NCBI RefSeq assembly: GCF_016432865.1
Contig: NC_067400.1
Coordinates: 459,854,001-459,918,000 of the forward strand
Reading direction: 5' to 3'
DNA: 64,000 nucleotides
From: Antechinus flavipes
Lineage: Eukaryota
Position numbers and translations under genes: made by a program. Positions 48,760-61,275 of the stretch are shown in pieces (position 1 is the first letter of the stretch; every line of letters begins with the position of its first letter). The notes beneath the pieces were generated by a model. The model was not told the DNA's origin and searched no databases. It saw nothing but the letters and a program-made list of their open reading frames with translations.

Positions 48760-49460
48760 AGTCGTTGCTTATAGACTATATCTCCATAACATCCCTCATA
48801 TACACACTTCCTTCTCTCCTCCAACACCTGCCACCACCCTGGAACAGACCTTTATCACTCATTCCCCAACTACAACAATATCTGCTTGCTAGTTTCTGTG
48901 CACTAGGTCTGTTCCTACTCTACTCCATCTTCCACACACCTATCAAATTGGTCTTCCCCAAGAACAGGTCTGATTGTAGCATATATTGAATGAGAAGTCA
49001 GTAAAATCCAATGGTTCCCTGTCACCTCCAGAATCAAATATAAAATCCTGCAGTATCCAGAGTCCTTCATCCTGCTCCTCCCTACCTTTCCAGCATTCTT
49101 ACACCTTATTATACCTTCTTTCAAACCCTCTGTCCTCTATACTTGTTTTCCAGCGACAATGGCCTCCTTGTTCTAACTAGATCCTTCGCCTCCTGACTCT
49201 GACTCCCAGGTCTGGATTGCTCTAACTCTTCATCTCTACCTTCTGCCTTCCTTCAAGTCTCAGCTAAAATCCCACCCTCTACAGGAAGTCTTTCTTTCTG
49301 ATGTCAGTTATCTCCAATCTATTCTATATATAACTTATTTATTCATAGTTGTGTGCATGTTGTCAACGTTCTTAGGCAGTGAGTTCCTTTGAGAACAGGA
49401 TCTACTTTTTCCCTTTTGTGGTATCTTTGCACATAATAGGTGCTTATATTAATGACTAGC
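48760..49460 (+). mobile_element. L2 LINE 3' region
   Basis: cttatagactat...aaatccaatggttccctgtcacctccagaatcaaatataaaatcc...cttccttcaagtctcagctaaaatccc...cataataggtgctta. Confidence 0.8.
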
Positions 49461-49519
49461 TGGCTAGGTGTAATAAGATCATTGTGGTTCTTATTGACTA
49501 TCATTTATTGAAGAAACTG

Positions 49520-49810
49520 GTTCTATTTTACCTAGACCAGAGAATAAAGGGAAAGAAGAGAGATGATATGGTAACTATTTTCACAGTTGAATGGAAATCA
49601 TATAGAATTGAGGTTAGACTCATTCTTTGTGGCTCCAAAGTAAGGAATGACTAATAAAAATTACAGGACAATGAATTTCAGTTCCATATGAGGAAGATCT
49701 CCTAATAATTTCATCTGTCCAAAATTAGAATTTGGCTGCCTCAGGAAGTAATAGGTAAATTAACGTTGCAGACTAAGATGACCATTCATCAAGAATATTG
49801 TAGAATGGAC
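49520..49810 (+). mobile_element. CR1/L3 3' fragment
   Basis: ggctccaaagtaagg...gctgcctcaggaagtaatagg...gatgaccattcatcaag, L3 tail. Confidence 0.55.
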
Positions 49811-50565
49811 CCATTCCTGTGCTCTCCTGATGCTTCAGGCTTCTCCTCCCTGCGCATGGTAGCTTCCTTCTCCTACCATCTTCCCTCATCCCCCCCCTTG
49901 CTTTTTAGCTCCCTTTTATATGCTGATTTCTCCCATTAAAATGTAAGCTTCTAGAGAGCAAGTACTATCTTTTTGCTTGTTTATGTACCTTACTGGATGG
50001 CACATAGTAAGCACTTAATAAAATCTTGTTGGCTTTATTTCATTTGACTATAAGCAGGAGATTAGACTAGTTTGCCTCTAAAAATCTTTTTGTACCCAAA
50101 GATCTCATGATATAGAGTGTACTGGGAGGTAGAATGGAATGTTAAATAAAAACAGGATTTAGAATGAAGTCCAGTTATGCCAGTGAATAACTGTGTGACC
50201 CTAGGCAGGTCACCTAACCTCTCTAGATGGGGATATTTGTACAGTTTATCCCACAAGACTGCTGCAAGAAGATTGCTTTGTAAGTCTTAAAATGACCCAG
50301 AATTGTGTTATCCCCCTTCTATATTACAGATTTTTAGGAATATTTTTGGTTCTCTGACTCTTTAAACTGGACACACCCAAAAATTAACTTTGGGATGATT
50401 GTCCATGTGACTGATTGACCTATGAAGAAGCCAAGATCCTGGCAATCAGGTTCAGAGATGACTAGTAGAGGTCATTTCCATGCCAAGTAAGTGTTTCCAA
50501 ACTAAAAAGGGAAGAATGTTGAGAAAATGGTGTTTTTCCTAATATATAAAATTCTGTGCCAATAT

Positions 50566-50790
50566 GTTGTTCTGTTGTATCTGACTGTTCATGATCCCAG
50601 TTGGGGCTTTCTTGGCAAGGATATTGGAGTGGTTTGCTATCTCTGATGAGGAATTAAGACAGGTGGAGTTAAATGAGTTGCTCAGGCTCACATAGCTAAT
50701 ATATATTTAAAGTTGTATTTTAAACCCAAATGAAGATGAGGCTTCCTGATTCTGGCTGCAACATTCTGTCCACTGCACCACCTAGCCATC
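50566..50790 (-). mobile_element. MAR1-type SINE
   Basis: ttggggctttcttggcaaggatattggagtggtttgctat...ctgtccactgcaccacctagcc. Confidence 0.8.
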
Positions 50791-51169
50791 TTCCTATGCG
50801 ATTACCTTATTTCTTTTCTTTAGAATTCAAAAGAATCTAAGTGACAGGTTTTCAACATTTAACCTTTCCACTTGTCAGGCAAAAATAGAGCCATTATTAA
50901 AGGATTTGGACAGGACAAGATTCCCTAATTTCTTCCAACATAGAAAGGTAAACTACAACAAAGAGGTAATTGTTAAGTAAGACTTATGTTCCTTTTTTTT
51001 AATTACATTTTTTTCTTATTTCTTAGTCATTATTATTTCTTAGTGATAATTCTTTTCTTTAAATACATACAAAATCACCTTAATCTTTTTTCTTATATAA
51101 AATTTTCCTCTAGCTCACAGAGTTCTGGAGGAGAATTCTGTGGGGGAAAATTTACAACAAAGTTTGAGG

Positions 51170-51365
51170 ACAATTTTTTTAACGATCACCTAAATTTCTC
51201 CTACTATTTGAAACCCTAGAGGGGAAAAATTAATACAATCAATCAGGACACTGAAAAAAATCTAAAAATGTAGGTACCCTCTCCTCTTGGAGAGGGAGAG
51301 GTGTTTTCTCATACCTCATTCTTAGAACTATGCTTATTCTTTGTAATTCTTCAACATTCAGTTTG
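51170..51365 (-). mobile_element. Old L1 3'UTR fragment
   Basis: gtgttttctcatacctc...atgcttattctttgtaattcttcaacattcagttt, same family as 51655-52125. Confidence 0.5.
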
Positions 51366-51377
51366 GGGGATTAAGGC

Positions 51378-51633
51378 GAGAGCGCCTCAGTCTTTCAGTC
51401 TTCACCACTAATCAACACAAGAGGTTTGACCTACTCTCTTTCAGGCCTAGGCTGGTTCTTCTCCTGGGACAATGAAATTCCCACTCCCATCCCCAGAGGT
51501 TCACCATATTGGTGCTGAACCTAGTGTGCACACACACTTGGCTTAACCCACTGTGACTCCTGAGCTCAGGAAATCCACTGACCCACCTTCTCCAATAGTA
51601 CATATTACAGGCTTGTGCTATGTCACACCCAGC
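51378..51633 (-). pseudogene. RN7SL: 7SL (SRP) RNA-derived retropseudogene
   Basis: Reverse complement gctgggtgtg...gcctgtaat...ctgagctcaggagt...cactaggttcagcaccaatatggtgaacc...gagtaggtcaaacctcttgtgttgattagtggtg follows 7SL (GCCGGGCG...CACTAAGTTCGGCATCAATATGGTGACC...GAGCAGGTCAAAACTCCCGTGCTGATCAGTAGTG) with CpG decay; includes the S domain. Confidence 0.88.
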
Positions 51634-51654
51634 GACATTCACTTCATTATTTTA

Positions 51655-52125
51655 AAAGAAATTTTTATTAATATCTTTTGGGTTTTATTACAAAATTCCT
51701 CTCGGGATTCATCTCCCTCTGTCCTCCAAGACAAAAAAAGTCTCCAAAACCAATCAGTACTTCATAAGTCTGATACAGTACATCAAAAGTCTGATAAGAT
51801 GCAATGTTTCACACCTATGGACAGCTTCAGCAAACAAGTGAGAGTATCTTCTTATGTCTTCCTTGAGACCAGGCTTGTTCTTTATAATTTTTCAATATTT
51901 GATTTTGATTACTTTATGGTTGTTCATTCCATTTACATTGTTGTAATTATTGCATACATTGTTTTCTTTTATCTCCTTACTTCATTTTGAATCATTTATG
52001 TTTCCATGCTTACATGTTTATCATATTCATCATTTCTTAAGGCACAGTAATATATTCCATTACAATCATGTACACAATTGTTTAACCATTATTCAGTCAA
52101 TGGGCATCTACTCTATGATGACATT
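51655..52125 (-). mobile_element. Old L1 3' end (ORF2 C-terminus + 3'UTR)
   Basis: ttccatttacattgttgtaattattgc...gcacagtaatatattccattacaatcatgtacacaattgtttaaccatt...gatgggca-like segment. Confidence 0.75.
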
Positions 52126-54334
52126 TCTCAAGAATATTTTAGTTCTAGCTATTTTTAAAGATAGCATATAATTGAAACTTTGGACTCCTTTAAAAAAAAA
52201 AAAGCCTAGTCAGAAAAACTGAACTAAAAGCAAACTAGCCATTCAAAGATCTAATTTTATTTGTTTATCTATAAAATATTGTTGTTAACATAAAAGGCTT
52301 ATTCCCAGAAGCTGGCCTGTAATGGTTTTGATTGATTATGTGATATGTTGAGCAGCAAGAATATGTGCTATATTTATAGTGTGGAAAATATTTTGTCATT
52401 TATTTGATCAGAGGTGTGCAAGGGTGGGGAATATGCTTAAAATCTAGGACAGCAATGTTTAAGTTTGCTACTCCCATGCTACTAGCTTAAATTGAGTTTA
52501 CCACAAATATAGTAGAGTTCTTTTTTCTTAAATTATCTCTCCTAATCTCATATAAAAATTGAAAAATGGCAAGTATTCCAGGGCCTAGAGCAAAATAGGA
52601 AAAATCCAGGCTCTCATTGGTGACCATATCTCTCTCATATACTTTCTATCTTATAAAATATCGAGATAAAATGCAGCAAAAAGATCCTATATGGTCAGTT
52701 GGTGATGCTTATTAGAAGCTTTGGCTTCTAAATCAGTCAAAATGCAAACACTATCACCTGCTTGGAATCGTGTGCATCTTTATGAGAACTCAAATGAGGA
52801 ATAGGTTGGTTTTTCCCAAGATTTTCTGTTTCACTGTTTTATGTGCTAGTTATAGCTGGTGACAGGATGATGAAATCTTCAGATATCTGGGTTTCAAGGA
52901 ACCAAGTAAAAGTAGAAGTAAGCTGACAGCTATCACATTATGGAATTGCAGCTATTTTAAATGACAAAAGATGGTATATTTTTCTAGTCAAGGGGGAGAG
53001 TAGTTAGGTTTCCTATAAACCAACTGCCTCCATACAGGGCCACAAAGTATTTGTAATTTACAAATAAGTGATAACTGGAGCTTATTCAGAAAGTACAGTA
53101 TTAAGCAAAAATGTTAGCAACTTTGAAGTGTTATTTTTTGGCTTGCTGTTAGAAATACTGTGCCATGTCGCATATGCTTGGATGCTTCCAAATATCCCTC
53201 CTGGGTATGGTTTCCCAAGAAGTGGGAGGCTTAGTCTGTTACACACATTTGTTGTTCATCTGTACCCATCACAAGCAATGTGACCTAGCCACATTTTCTG
53301 ACAACAAGAAAATTTTGCTGTAATTCCTGGTGCAGAGCTGGCTCAAAGGAAATGCCTGGAGAAAACATTTTATAAGGAACCCGTCTTGGTTTTCTTTCCT
53401 GTTGGTCCTGAATCTGAGACAGGGTACATTTTTTAGTATGGGATAAGGTAAGATTAAGGAAAGCCAGGATCTACTACCTCATTTATATTGCCATGAAATA
53501 GCATGGAAAGTTGGCCCTGAAGGAAATGGTAATAGATCAGAGTTATAAAAATAAAGTTCCATGGATCACACTGGGAAAGCCCAAGTAATAATCATGTTTG
53601 GTGGTATATGGTATATGGTGGTATAAAGATCCTCCACTGTGGATTCACCCCAGCTAGCATTGTACAAGTTAATGCAGTATCCCTGGAAAAAATTTGTTCC
53701 GATCACCTAGTAACAATCACCAGCCAACACATATCTCATCTAACCAAAACACAATATCCACAATGGTTGCATTTGTTCCTACTGAATTCCTCTTTCTGAT
53801 TAACAGTAAAAGGAACCTCAAAAGCAATAGAGTACCAAAGTGGGGATCCAGAGGACCTAGCTTCAGATTCTGCCTCCAACATATACTGGATGACCGTAGA
53901 TAAGTCAGTGCATCTCATTGAGCTATATATAGCCCATATATAAAAAGGGAATAATAATATCTGTAGTACTTACCTTACTGGATCATTATAGCCCTGAAAT
54001 GAAATAAAAAGTATTTCCAAACCTTAAAGAGTTATATAAATATAAGTTATGTTGTAATGATTAATATTATTGATTTTCATTTTTCAGAATTCAGAGATTT
54101 CTAGAGTCAGAAAACTTGAATTTGAGCTCCATTTGGGTGTTGACTTGTTTGGAAATGCTGCAATGAGTCATTTGACCTCTCTGTGTTTCAGTTTCTGTAG
54201 CTGAAGTTACATTCCCTCCTGTTTTCCCAGGGAAGCCAAAGACAAAGCAAAGTACAAGATAGGGAATTATTTTAGCTCTCCTTAACAAGAGTGTAAAATA
54301 AATCCAAGGTAGATATTCCACCTTATTGATTAGT

Positions 54335-54850
54335 CAATCAGTGATTAAATATTTGGTACACAGAAAATTGTGTACCAAGCACTGGGGATACAAAAAGAGG
54401 CAAAAGATAGAACCTGGTGTCAAGGAGAATGAGGGAGACAGTGTATAGACAAGTCATATCTAAGACATACATACTTACAAACAGGTTATGGATGAGATAG
54501 GAAAAAACCCAGAGAGGATTTGAATTAAGAGGTATCACAAAGGGCTTCCTGTAGAAAATGAGATTTAGCTGGGAATTGAAGGAATCTAGGAGGTAGAAAT
54601 GAGGAGCTAGAGAACACTAAATATACAGGACAGGACAGCCAATGAAAATGCCCAGAGTAAGAAACAGCCAGGAAACTGAATAAGAGAATTTAGGGGTGAG
54701 AAAAAAAAAGAGAAGTTATAAGGTGTAAGGAGCCCAGTAAAGCAGAGGGCAGGGGGCAGCTGCTGAACGACTTTGGGCCTGGTCCTACAGGTGCTGGAGA
54801 GCCACTGGTATTTATTGAGTAGTGGGAATGTGGTTAGATTCCTGCTTTTA
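54335..54850 (-). mobile_element. L2 LINE 3' region
   Basis: agtcaatcagtgattaaatatt...aagcactggggataca...agagccactggtatttattgagtagtgggaatgtggttagat. Confidence 0.7.
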
Positions 54851-55121
54851 CAGTGTATCAGGGAAATATATGACTGGGGGGGAAAAGGTGAGCTAGTTAC
54901 ATAGCGAGAGGAAGGGATAGTGAAGGACAGCTTATCGTGTGTCATTGGAAATATCAGGAGAATCAGAGGAAGGTCAAAGTATGTGGGGTGAGACCCTCTA
55001 TAGTAGATACTTGGATCCCAAAGGCAGGTCCCATGAGAAAGGCAGAAGGAGCGGAGTTCTAATCTGAATTATTGGAAGGCATACTCAAGCTAAGGAAGTC
55101 TCAGAGGGGCTAAAGTATTAG

Positions 55122-55181
55122 AGGATTCCAGTTTCTTTACTGCAGATTATAAGGATTCCAGTTTCTTTACTGCAGATTATA
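55122..55181. repeat. Exact 30-bp tandem duplication
   Basis: aggattccagtttctttactgcagattata x2. Confidence 0.97.
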
Positions 55182-56934
55182 ACCTGGATGAGAATATGTC
55201 CACAAAATTACTTTCTATTTCGACAAGCACAAAGTGAAATGACTGCATAGATACCATCTAACAATGAGATTGAAATTCAGACCAAAGAGAATTACTTTTC
55301 AAATAGCTACCCAAGGATGAACAACCTCTAGCCAGCCAAATTTGATCCTCTGCTTAAATTTTACTTGCCACTTGGAAATCATTGTAGGAATTAGTTTTTT
55401 CTGGTCTTAGCAAAGCAACTCACAAAATAATTTCTCTCTCTAGTTCCCAAATGTCTCCTGTTAACTCTCTCATCCAGAGCAGAAGCTCTAAAGATTTGAT
55501 TAAATTTGGCCAATAAATTATAAACAATAGTTTACTCCATTTTTCCTGAAGTGTTTTCCCCCTGAACATGCTATTCAGTTTGTGTTTTGTTCTTATTATA
55601 TGTTGATTCTATTAGGATCCAAATAGCCAAAAAAGAATAGCTTCAAAATAAAGATAACTGCAAATATTGTCTTCAGACATCATGAAATTAAACAACCGTA
55701 TTTTTTCAAAGAAAGAATTTGATGAATTTTGAATGTCAAAGCACTTTTCAGATGATAACTAAGGGACTTTTCAATTTACTTTTCAGGTGAACTAACATTT
55801 CTTTTAATATTCTGAGGTCCTAAAGGAATTTTCAAAACCTAACTCATTCTTTTTTTATACTGGTAAAACTTTGTTTTATCATTTTCTACATTGAAAAAAA
55901 TAAATATTTATTTCAAAAGTAAATCTGGAGCCTGAAAATAGACAAGCAGTACAAGCAGGTACAGAAGGCAGCCTTCTAAACTATATAGAAAGTTTTAGAG
56001 TCTTGTAACTTATAGATACTCAATGTCTGGTGAGAGAATGCTTGAAAACACTCACTCATGATGACCACAACCTACTTAGATTGTAACAGTGAGACAAAAT
56101 CCTGTTTATTGCCATAATCAGGCTATTTATTTAGCCCCTCTCATTCCAGTTTTCTCCTTCTGAATGTCTTGTCTATCCTTTTTCTCTATAGTCTTTCCTT
56201 TTTTCCTTCCCCGTCTTTGTTTCTCCCACCTTTTGCTTTTTTTTGTATCCCTTACTCTTTCTCATTTAATTGGCTAGACTTAAAATAATCTCTGTCACTG
56301 CTGCCTGTTACTGGTTTCAAAAATAAGTATGCACAGTATCTAGTTTTTCTTCCTACCCACTCTCCAAAACCCTACATTCCTAAATTGTAGTTGATTTTTT
56401 TTTATTTTTGTATGGCTTTCTACTGACTCTTTTTCTATTTATCTATATGTGGCCTTTTTTATGCTTTTTCCCTCACTCATCACTATAGTCAGCTACAAAA
56501 TCAAAAACTCCAAAAATTCTCCTTTGAGAAGTCAGGATGGGGAAGAAACAAAAAGAATTTTGTCTAAAGATCAACAAATTTCAAAGAAGGGAAAAAATAT
56601 TCAAGGTCACTAAAAATCTTTTTCTACTTTTTTGGTCATTACTTTCTTCTGAGAAGCAGTGCAGGCACCAGGAAAAGAATACTAAATTGATTAAGTCATA
56701 AGACGTGGGTTCTAGTCTCGGTTCTGCTCTTTACTAATTGTATGATCCTGAAAGTCTCTGACTTCCAGTCTTCTCTTCTATTAAAAATGTTTCACAGAGT
56801 TGTGAAAATCAAAAGAGTTAATGAAAATGATTAGAAAACTATATGTTATCACAACAAATATGAGATGGTATTATTTAAGTTCACTGTATTTGGAATTCTG
56901 GTATTAATTCTTTTACAGTGTAAATTTGTATGCT

Positions 56935-57926
56935 AACCACTACACACCTGTTAGATTAGCTAAAATGACAGGGAAGGATAATTATGAATGTTGGAGGGGA
57001 TGTGGGGAAAACCGGGACACTAATACATTGTTGGTGGAATTGTGAATACATCCAGCCATTCTGGAGAGCGATTTGGAACGATGCTCAAAAAGTTATCAAA
57101 CTGTGCATACCCTTTGATCCACTGGGCTTATATCCCAAAGAGATACTAAAGAAGGGAAAGGGACCTGTATGTGCAGGAATGTTTGTGGCAGCCCTGTTTG
57201 TAGTGGCCAGAAATTGTAAACTGAGTAGAGCCATCAATTGGAGAATGGCTGAATAAATTGTGGTATATGAATATTATGGAATATTATTGTTCGGTAAGAA
57301 ATGACCAACAGGATGATTTCAGAAAGGTCTGCAGAAACTTACATGAACTGATGCTGAGTGAAATAAGCAGGATCAGGAAATCATTATATACTTCAACAAC
57401 AATACTATATAATGATCAATTCTGATGGACGTGGCCATCTTCAACAATGAGATGAACCAAATCAATTCCAATAGAGCAGTAATGAACTGAACCAGCTACA
57501 CTCAGCAAAAGAACTCTGGGGAAATGAGTGTGAATCACTACATAGAATTCCCAAACTCTCTATTTTTGTCCATCTACATTTTTTATTTCCTTCATAGGTA
57601 ATTGTACACTGTTTCAAAGTCTGATTCTTTTTGTACAGCAAAATAACTGTTAGGACATGTATACATATATTATATTTAACATATACTTTAACATATTTAA
57701 CATGTATTGGTCTACCTGCCATCTGGGGGAGGAGGAAGGGGGAAGGAGGGGAAATGTTGGAACAAAAGGTTTTGCAATTGTCAATGCTGAAAAATTACCT
57801 GTGCATATATCTTATAAATAAAAAGCTATAATTTAAAAAAATAAAAAATAAACCCCCCCAAATCAATTCACAAAAAATAAAATAAAATAATAAAATCTAC
57901 AATTAGAAGCAAAAAAATAAAAAAAA
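56935..57926 (+). mobile_element. 5'-truncated L1 (ORF2 C-terminus, 3'UTR, A tails) with 13-bp TSD
   Basis: CCHC knuckle CWRGCGETGTLIHCWWNC, ORF2 stop at 57423-57425, AATAAA at 57817; TSD aaatttgtatgct at 56922-56934 and 57927-57939. Confidence 0.95.
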
Positions 57927-59011
57927 AAATTTGTATGCTGAGAGCTGTATTTCTCCCCATTAAAATATTCACATGCCTATCAATAGGAAAATGAATTAAT
58001 TAGATGTATTTTTCATCTATCTCAAATGATTACTACTTCTCTAAACACGTCCTTTTACTGGTGCCAGCAGAATTTGATGAGAAATACCATCATGGTGGTT
58101 GCAGGGAAGATGAGAACATGTTAAGAAATGTAATTCTTGGCTCTCAACAGATGAAAATTTTAAAATATTTATAAGGCCTTATCTAGAACAGTCTTTGGTT
58201 ATTAGCTGTTCAATTGAAGTAGGGAAATATAAAACCCTAGAAATCCAGGCCCAATCCACTCTGAATGAATCTGAAGCTTAATAGAGAATTGGCACTTGAA
58301 ATCTTTCTATTTGTGTCCTACCCTTCTGCCATGAAGTTTCCCTGTATAATAATGTTTTTATTTCCCATGTCTTCTCTTCTATTGTAGAGTGTGGCTTGAG
58401 CCCAGACCTAGTTTGGAGTCACTTCCATTTGAATTGTATGTTTGATTCAGTGTCATGTTTATATTATTTGCCTTCCTTGGCTTCAAACATTTCACAAAGA
58501 GACAGATTGCCTTGCAAGCAGAACACCCACATTTGGAGTTGCTGTATTCATTTTTCCTATGTTTTGGCTTCTATTATATCATTTTTAATATTCATGAAGT
58601 TGAAAAAAATAAACCCTCAACTGTTTCCTCTGCATGGAAATGTTATGTTTTCAAACCCTAGAGAAAACAATCAGTAAGTTCTACAAAACCCACATTCCTT
58701 GCTGGCAATTCTAAAGTAGTTCCATGTTAGCTGTGGAAGCCACCTTTGACACTGCTTTGGCTTCTTGTAGCAGATGGTTTGGGAGAGCCAACAGTTCACC
58801 CATAATGCTGGGAATTCTAAGGAAGTAACAGGAGTGTAGATGATGTACTTTTTTTTTAAGGCCTAGCTTTGGAATTGTCTGTGTTCGAAATGTTTAGAAT
58901 GATTCAGAGTTCCGTGATTTTATTATGCAATTTGCCATATAGGCATGTTATGTGTTTTGAGACACATGGGAAAATCATTTTATTAGATGTAAATGTGAGG
59001 GGTTTGGGTTA

Positions 59012-59136
59012 GAAATTTTCAACTACAAAATGGTTTAAACCCACACATATATTTTAGTACACCAATGAAATAAACATGAAATTGAATCAAACACAGAGTC
59101 CACTGTGGTTCGAACCACTTTGTAGTTGAAATTTTC
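59012..59136. repeat. Short inverted-repeat (MITE-like/hairpin) element
   Basis: Arm 59012-59045 gaaattttcaactacaaaatggtttaaacccaca vs reverse complement of 59104-59136 gaaaatttcaactacaaagtggttcgaaccaca. Confidence 0.75.
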
Positions 59137-59789
59137 CAGTTTGCTCTCATTGGTTTACCTTAGCAACATAAGATCCTGTCATAAATTATTGATTTGTTTT
59201 ACGATTGTATAGCGTGTGCGAGTGCACACACATACACACAGAAACCACTAAATTGTGGACTCTTAAATATTTTTTTTAAAAAATAAAGATGAAAGCATGC
59301 TTGCAAGTCTGAAGAAAGAAATCTCTATAGGAGAAATGTCCATGTTACGCAAGGTTTTTAGACTTAATTTGTTTCAGATTTTTTTTCCATTGCATCATAT
59401 AAGCCCCAGAATATAAGCACAATAATTAAAAATAAACAGTGAGTGCAGAATACTTTTCATCATTTTCTGCTCATTCACTTTTTAGAAAGTCAATTCTTAA
59501 ACCTAATTTTTTTTATTAATTCCCTACTGTAGTTTTCATATGAATTGTCTCAAATCTTGTTCATGCTTCTTAGTTCTTCAACTCTTTCATTGATATAATC
59601 TCCTGCTTTATCAAGATTGCAACCATCCAACATAAGCTCTCTAGCTGTTTAGTTTTCTGCTTCAGAATTTCTCTGTGTATTCACCAATTCTTTCCTCATT
59701 CACAAATGTAATTTCATAAAGGAGAGTTAAGTATAGTAATCTGGATAGGAGGCTAACAGCCTTAATTGTAAATCCAAGAAATTTGGGTT

Positions 59790-60266
59790 TTATCTTATAA
59801 GCCACAAAGTAGGGAGCCACTGAAAGTCTTTGAAGAGGGGAATAATCTTTCCAGATTTATTTTAGTACCTGTATGAAGAATGGAGTGGAGAAGGGAAAGT
59901 CTGGGAAACTTTACACTAATCCAAATTTAGAGGTGAGAGGCCTGAAATAAGATGATATCTGTGCAAGTGGAGAGAAGGAACAGATTCAAGAGATTGATGA
60001 ATGTAGAATCAACAGGACTTGAAAATGATTGGATGGCTGGGATGATTAGAAGGAGGATATCATTAATGGAAATAGAAAAATTGGGAGGGGGAATATGAGT
60101 TGAATTTTCAGTAGGCTGAATTTGAGATGACTGTGGGATGTTCAGGGAAAATAAGAGGCTAAATTAGAGGAGATATTCATGCTGGATATAGAAATTTGGA
60201 AATTATCTTTATAAACATGATAATTAAGTCCTTAATAGAAGATGACATCAACAAGGAAATGGTAAG

Positions 60267-60312
<46 letters not shown>

Positions 60313-60620
60313 GAGAGGGACAGTCAGAGAGTGGAGTGGGGAAAAGAGATGGAGAAAGCGGGGGAGACAGAGAGAGAAGATAGTCTAATGTAGAATCTTA
60401 AAAGACAAATATACTTAATACAAGGGATAATGAGCTTTTGGAGGAGGCAAAGATGATTAGGCAGAGAAGTAGGAGAATTAGGAAAAACTAGTGACACAGA
60501 TGTGATTAAAAGAAAGCAAAACTGAAAATGACAGATGGAAGGTATAGAAAGTTATAGATTAGGTTTTATGTGTGGAAAATTTTCCTAACAATTCATGCTA
60601 TTGAAAGTAGAATCAAGAAA
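59790..60620 (-). mobile_element. L2 fragment containing a (GT)21 microsatellite
   Basis: agggagccactgaaagtctttgaagagggg...gagatgactgtgggatgttcagg; GT repeat at 60269-60310. Confidence 0.65.
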
Positions 60621-60959
60621 AGAAAACAAATCAACAAACAAAAATGAAAGTAGAATGGTCTATCTTGGAGGTAGTGAGTTTCCTTTTATCTGAGGTCTAC
60701 AAGTGGAAACAAGCCTGAAAAGGTATCAAAGGTATTTTCTAGTAGAGATTTTTGATCAGTTATGGGGTAGGCTTGATGAGTTTGGGAGTTCAGTTCTTTC
60801 CAACTCTTAGACTTGATGAGCTTGGAAGTTCTTTCCAATTCTTAGATTTTATGATTCTGGAATAGTAAGAAAAAAAGAGTGGGAGATTATTGTTACTAGA
60901 GAAAAATCAAAAAAAGTGAGAAATTCAAAAGGGCAATTAGATTTACTAATTAAGTGATT

Positions 60960-61275
60960 TACAATCTCTGGTCTTTTAGGTGGGTTTATAAAACAGAATA
61001 TAGAGTTGAGATGTGAAGGGGAGCAAAATACAGAGGGAGGATTATGGAGACAAAATGCAGATCGAAACATACTATTTTCACCTTTTTTTGTTTGCTTTTT
61101 CTTTCTCATGCTTTGTTTTGATTTTTCTTTCACAACATGACTAATATGGAAATACGCTTGTTGTCTTGGGGAGGAAAGGTAAAGGAGGAAGGGAGAAAAA
61201 TTTGTAACTCAAAATCTTACAAAAATGAATGTTGAAAACTATTTTACATATAATTGGAAAAATAAAATACTATTG
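60960..61275 (+). mobile_element. L1 3'UTR fragment
   Basis: ttctttcacaacatgactaatatggaaata...gggagaaaaatttgtaactcaaaatcttacaaaaatgaatgttgaaaac...ggaaaaataaaatac. Confidence 0.75.

Noticed and set aside
53151-53205. Short exon-like unit reading PCRICLD (RING-like)
   Set aside because: Only one CxxC, no partner exon with the remaining ligands, and alternative frames equally open
60772-60846. Imperfect ~35-40-bp tandem repeat
   Set aside because: Duplicated MIR/L3-type tail end; routine
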